Of a stretch of DNA of 64,000 nt, positions 62,701 through 64,000 are shown in pieces. The notes under the pieces were generated by a model. The model had not been told where the DNA came from, ran no database searches, and saw nothing but the letters and a program-made list of their open reading frames with translations. This DNA comes from Azolla caroliniana. Taxonomy: Eukaryota > Plantae > Polypodiophyta. How positions within the stretch are numbered: position 1 is the first letter of the stretch; each line of letters begins with the position of its first letter. A program made the translations under genes and the position numbers. The DNA is taken from the NCBI GenBank assembly GCA_043228905.1, contig JBHGNT010000018.1, positions 9,610,001-9,674,000 on the forward strand, given 5' to 3'.

Positions 62701-64000
62701 TGGAGGCATCTCAGTCTTGCTGACCTCATCGTCAGAGCTCGGATTAGAGTTGAGATCCGGAGACAGAGGCAAGTACCAGGACGCGGACTCATCAAACACA
62801 ACGTCGCGGCTCACACACGCTTGTTTGGTGCGCGGGTTATAATACTTATAACTCTTCTGCTCGTCCAAGTAACCGACCAATATACATTTCTCGGCCTTTG
62901 CGTCCAACTTCCTCCATTTCTCCTTTGGCACATGCACATACACAATGCTACCGAAAACTCATAAGTGTCGCAAGTTCGGCTTTGTTCCGAAATATAGCTC
63001 GTGCACCGAGACTTTTTCGCCAATCCAATTATGGATGTATACCGCGGTTCGTACTGCCTCGGCCCAGTAGAACTTGGGCAAGCTCTTCTCCGCCAGCATT
63101 GCCTGTGCCACTTCCACAACCGACCGATTTTTCCTCTCGGCCACACCGTTTTGCTCTGGTGTGTATCTACAACTGAATTCACGCCGAATTCCCATATGTT
63201 GTAAATAACCGTTGAATTGACCAGAAAAGTATTCTTTTCTGCCATTCGACCGCATGCACTTGATCTTTCTTCCTGTTTCCGTTTCCACGAACCCTTTGAG
63301 GTCCCAGAAACAGTCGAAGACTTCGCTCTTCCTCTCAATGAGGTAGATCAACATGTGCCACATGTAGTCGTCGATGAAGGAGACGAAATATCAGCTCCCG
63401 CCAAGACTAATGTTTTGTGTCGGACCCCACATATCGAAGTGTATCAAATCGAGCTTGTTCCGGCTCTAGTTATGCTTGTTGGGGAAAGGAAGTCGGTGTT
63501 GCTTCCCAAACTAGCAGGCTTCACAAATTTGTGCCTTCAGGCCACTAAATTTGGGCAATCCTAACACCACTTGTTTCGATTGCAGGTCTTGAAGCCGTTG
63601 GTAGTTGACGTGGCCTATCCACTTGTGCCATAAGTCGATGTCCGACTCGACTTTTTGTCCCTTCGCGAACATTGCAGTGCCACCATCAGTAGAGTCGAGG
63701 ATGAACATCCTCCCATCTCTGCGCCCTTGCGCAATAATACGGCCTTCTTCCTCAATGAAACACCCGAGGTGTGTAAACCGGACCTCCATCCCTTAGTCGA
63801 CGATCTGTCCAACCAACACCAAGTTCTTCGTGATTTTTGGGATGTGTAGCACGTTCATGAGTTTCCCTTTTTGCCCGACATGGCTCAGGGGAATTTCTCC
63901 GACATTCACGATCGGATGCGGAGTGTCATCTCCAATTACGACTACTCCTGGTTGCATCGGTTTTTCTAGGTACGAGAACCACTCCTTATGGCTCGTCATG
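59793..64000 (-). mobile_element. Second degenerate Ty1/copia C (3' LTR 59793-60217, RH, RT, IN), running off the window
   Basis: LTR is homologous to 19735-20186. PPT CTCCCCCTCAAG. Motifs [16 protein letters not shown] and PEQNGVAERKNR. Many stops. Confidence 0.92.

Overview
Plant-type nuclear heterochromatin, probably from a non-seed plant such as a fern (inferred from the retroelement types). No ordinary host gene was found. Bases 1-15.9 kb are a degenerate tandem array of ~400-500 bp units, each built around a tRNA-Arg(CCT) gene. The array is interrupted by Ty3/gypsy fragments and a young, self-priming chromovirus (8907-14567, TSD CATGG). The rest is a nest of Ty1/copia and Ty3/gypsy LTR retrotransposons, including one intact copia (46065-51695, TSD AGTTT). 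The most interesting object is a 9.3-kb TIR DNA transposon (31741-41070, 37-bp TIRs, apparent 2-bp TSD) with two divergent genes. One encodes a Sola-like DDD transposase. The other is a spliceosomal-intron gene that fuses a ParB/Srx-like domain to a prokaryote-type beta-class N6A/N4C DNA methyltransferase (DIPY ... QKP ... LDLFSGTG). Between the two genes lies an array of eight 25-bp palindromes, mostly at 51-bp spacing. Both genes are disabled in this copy. Domain and tRNA assignments come from visual motif recognition, not database searches.
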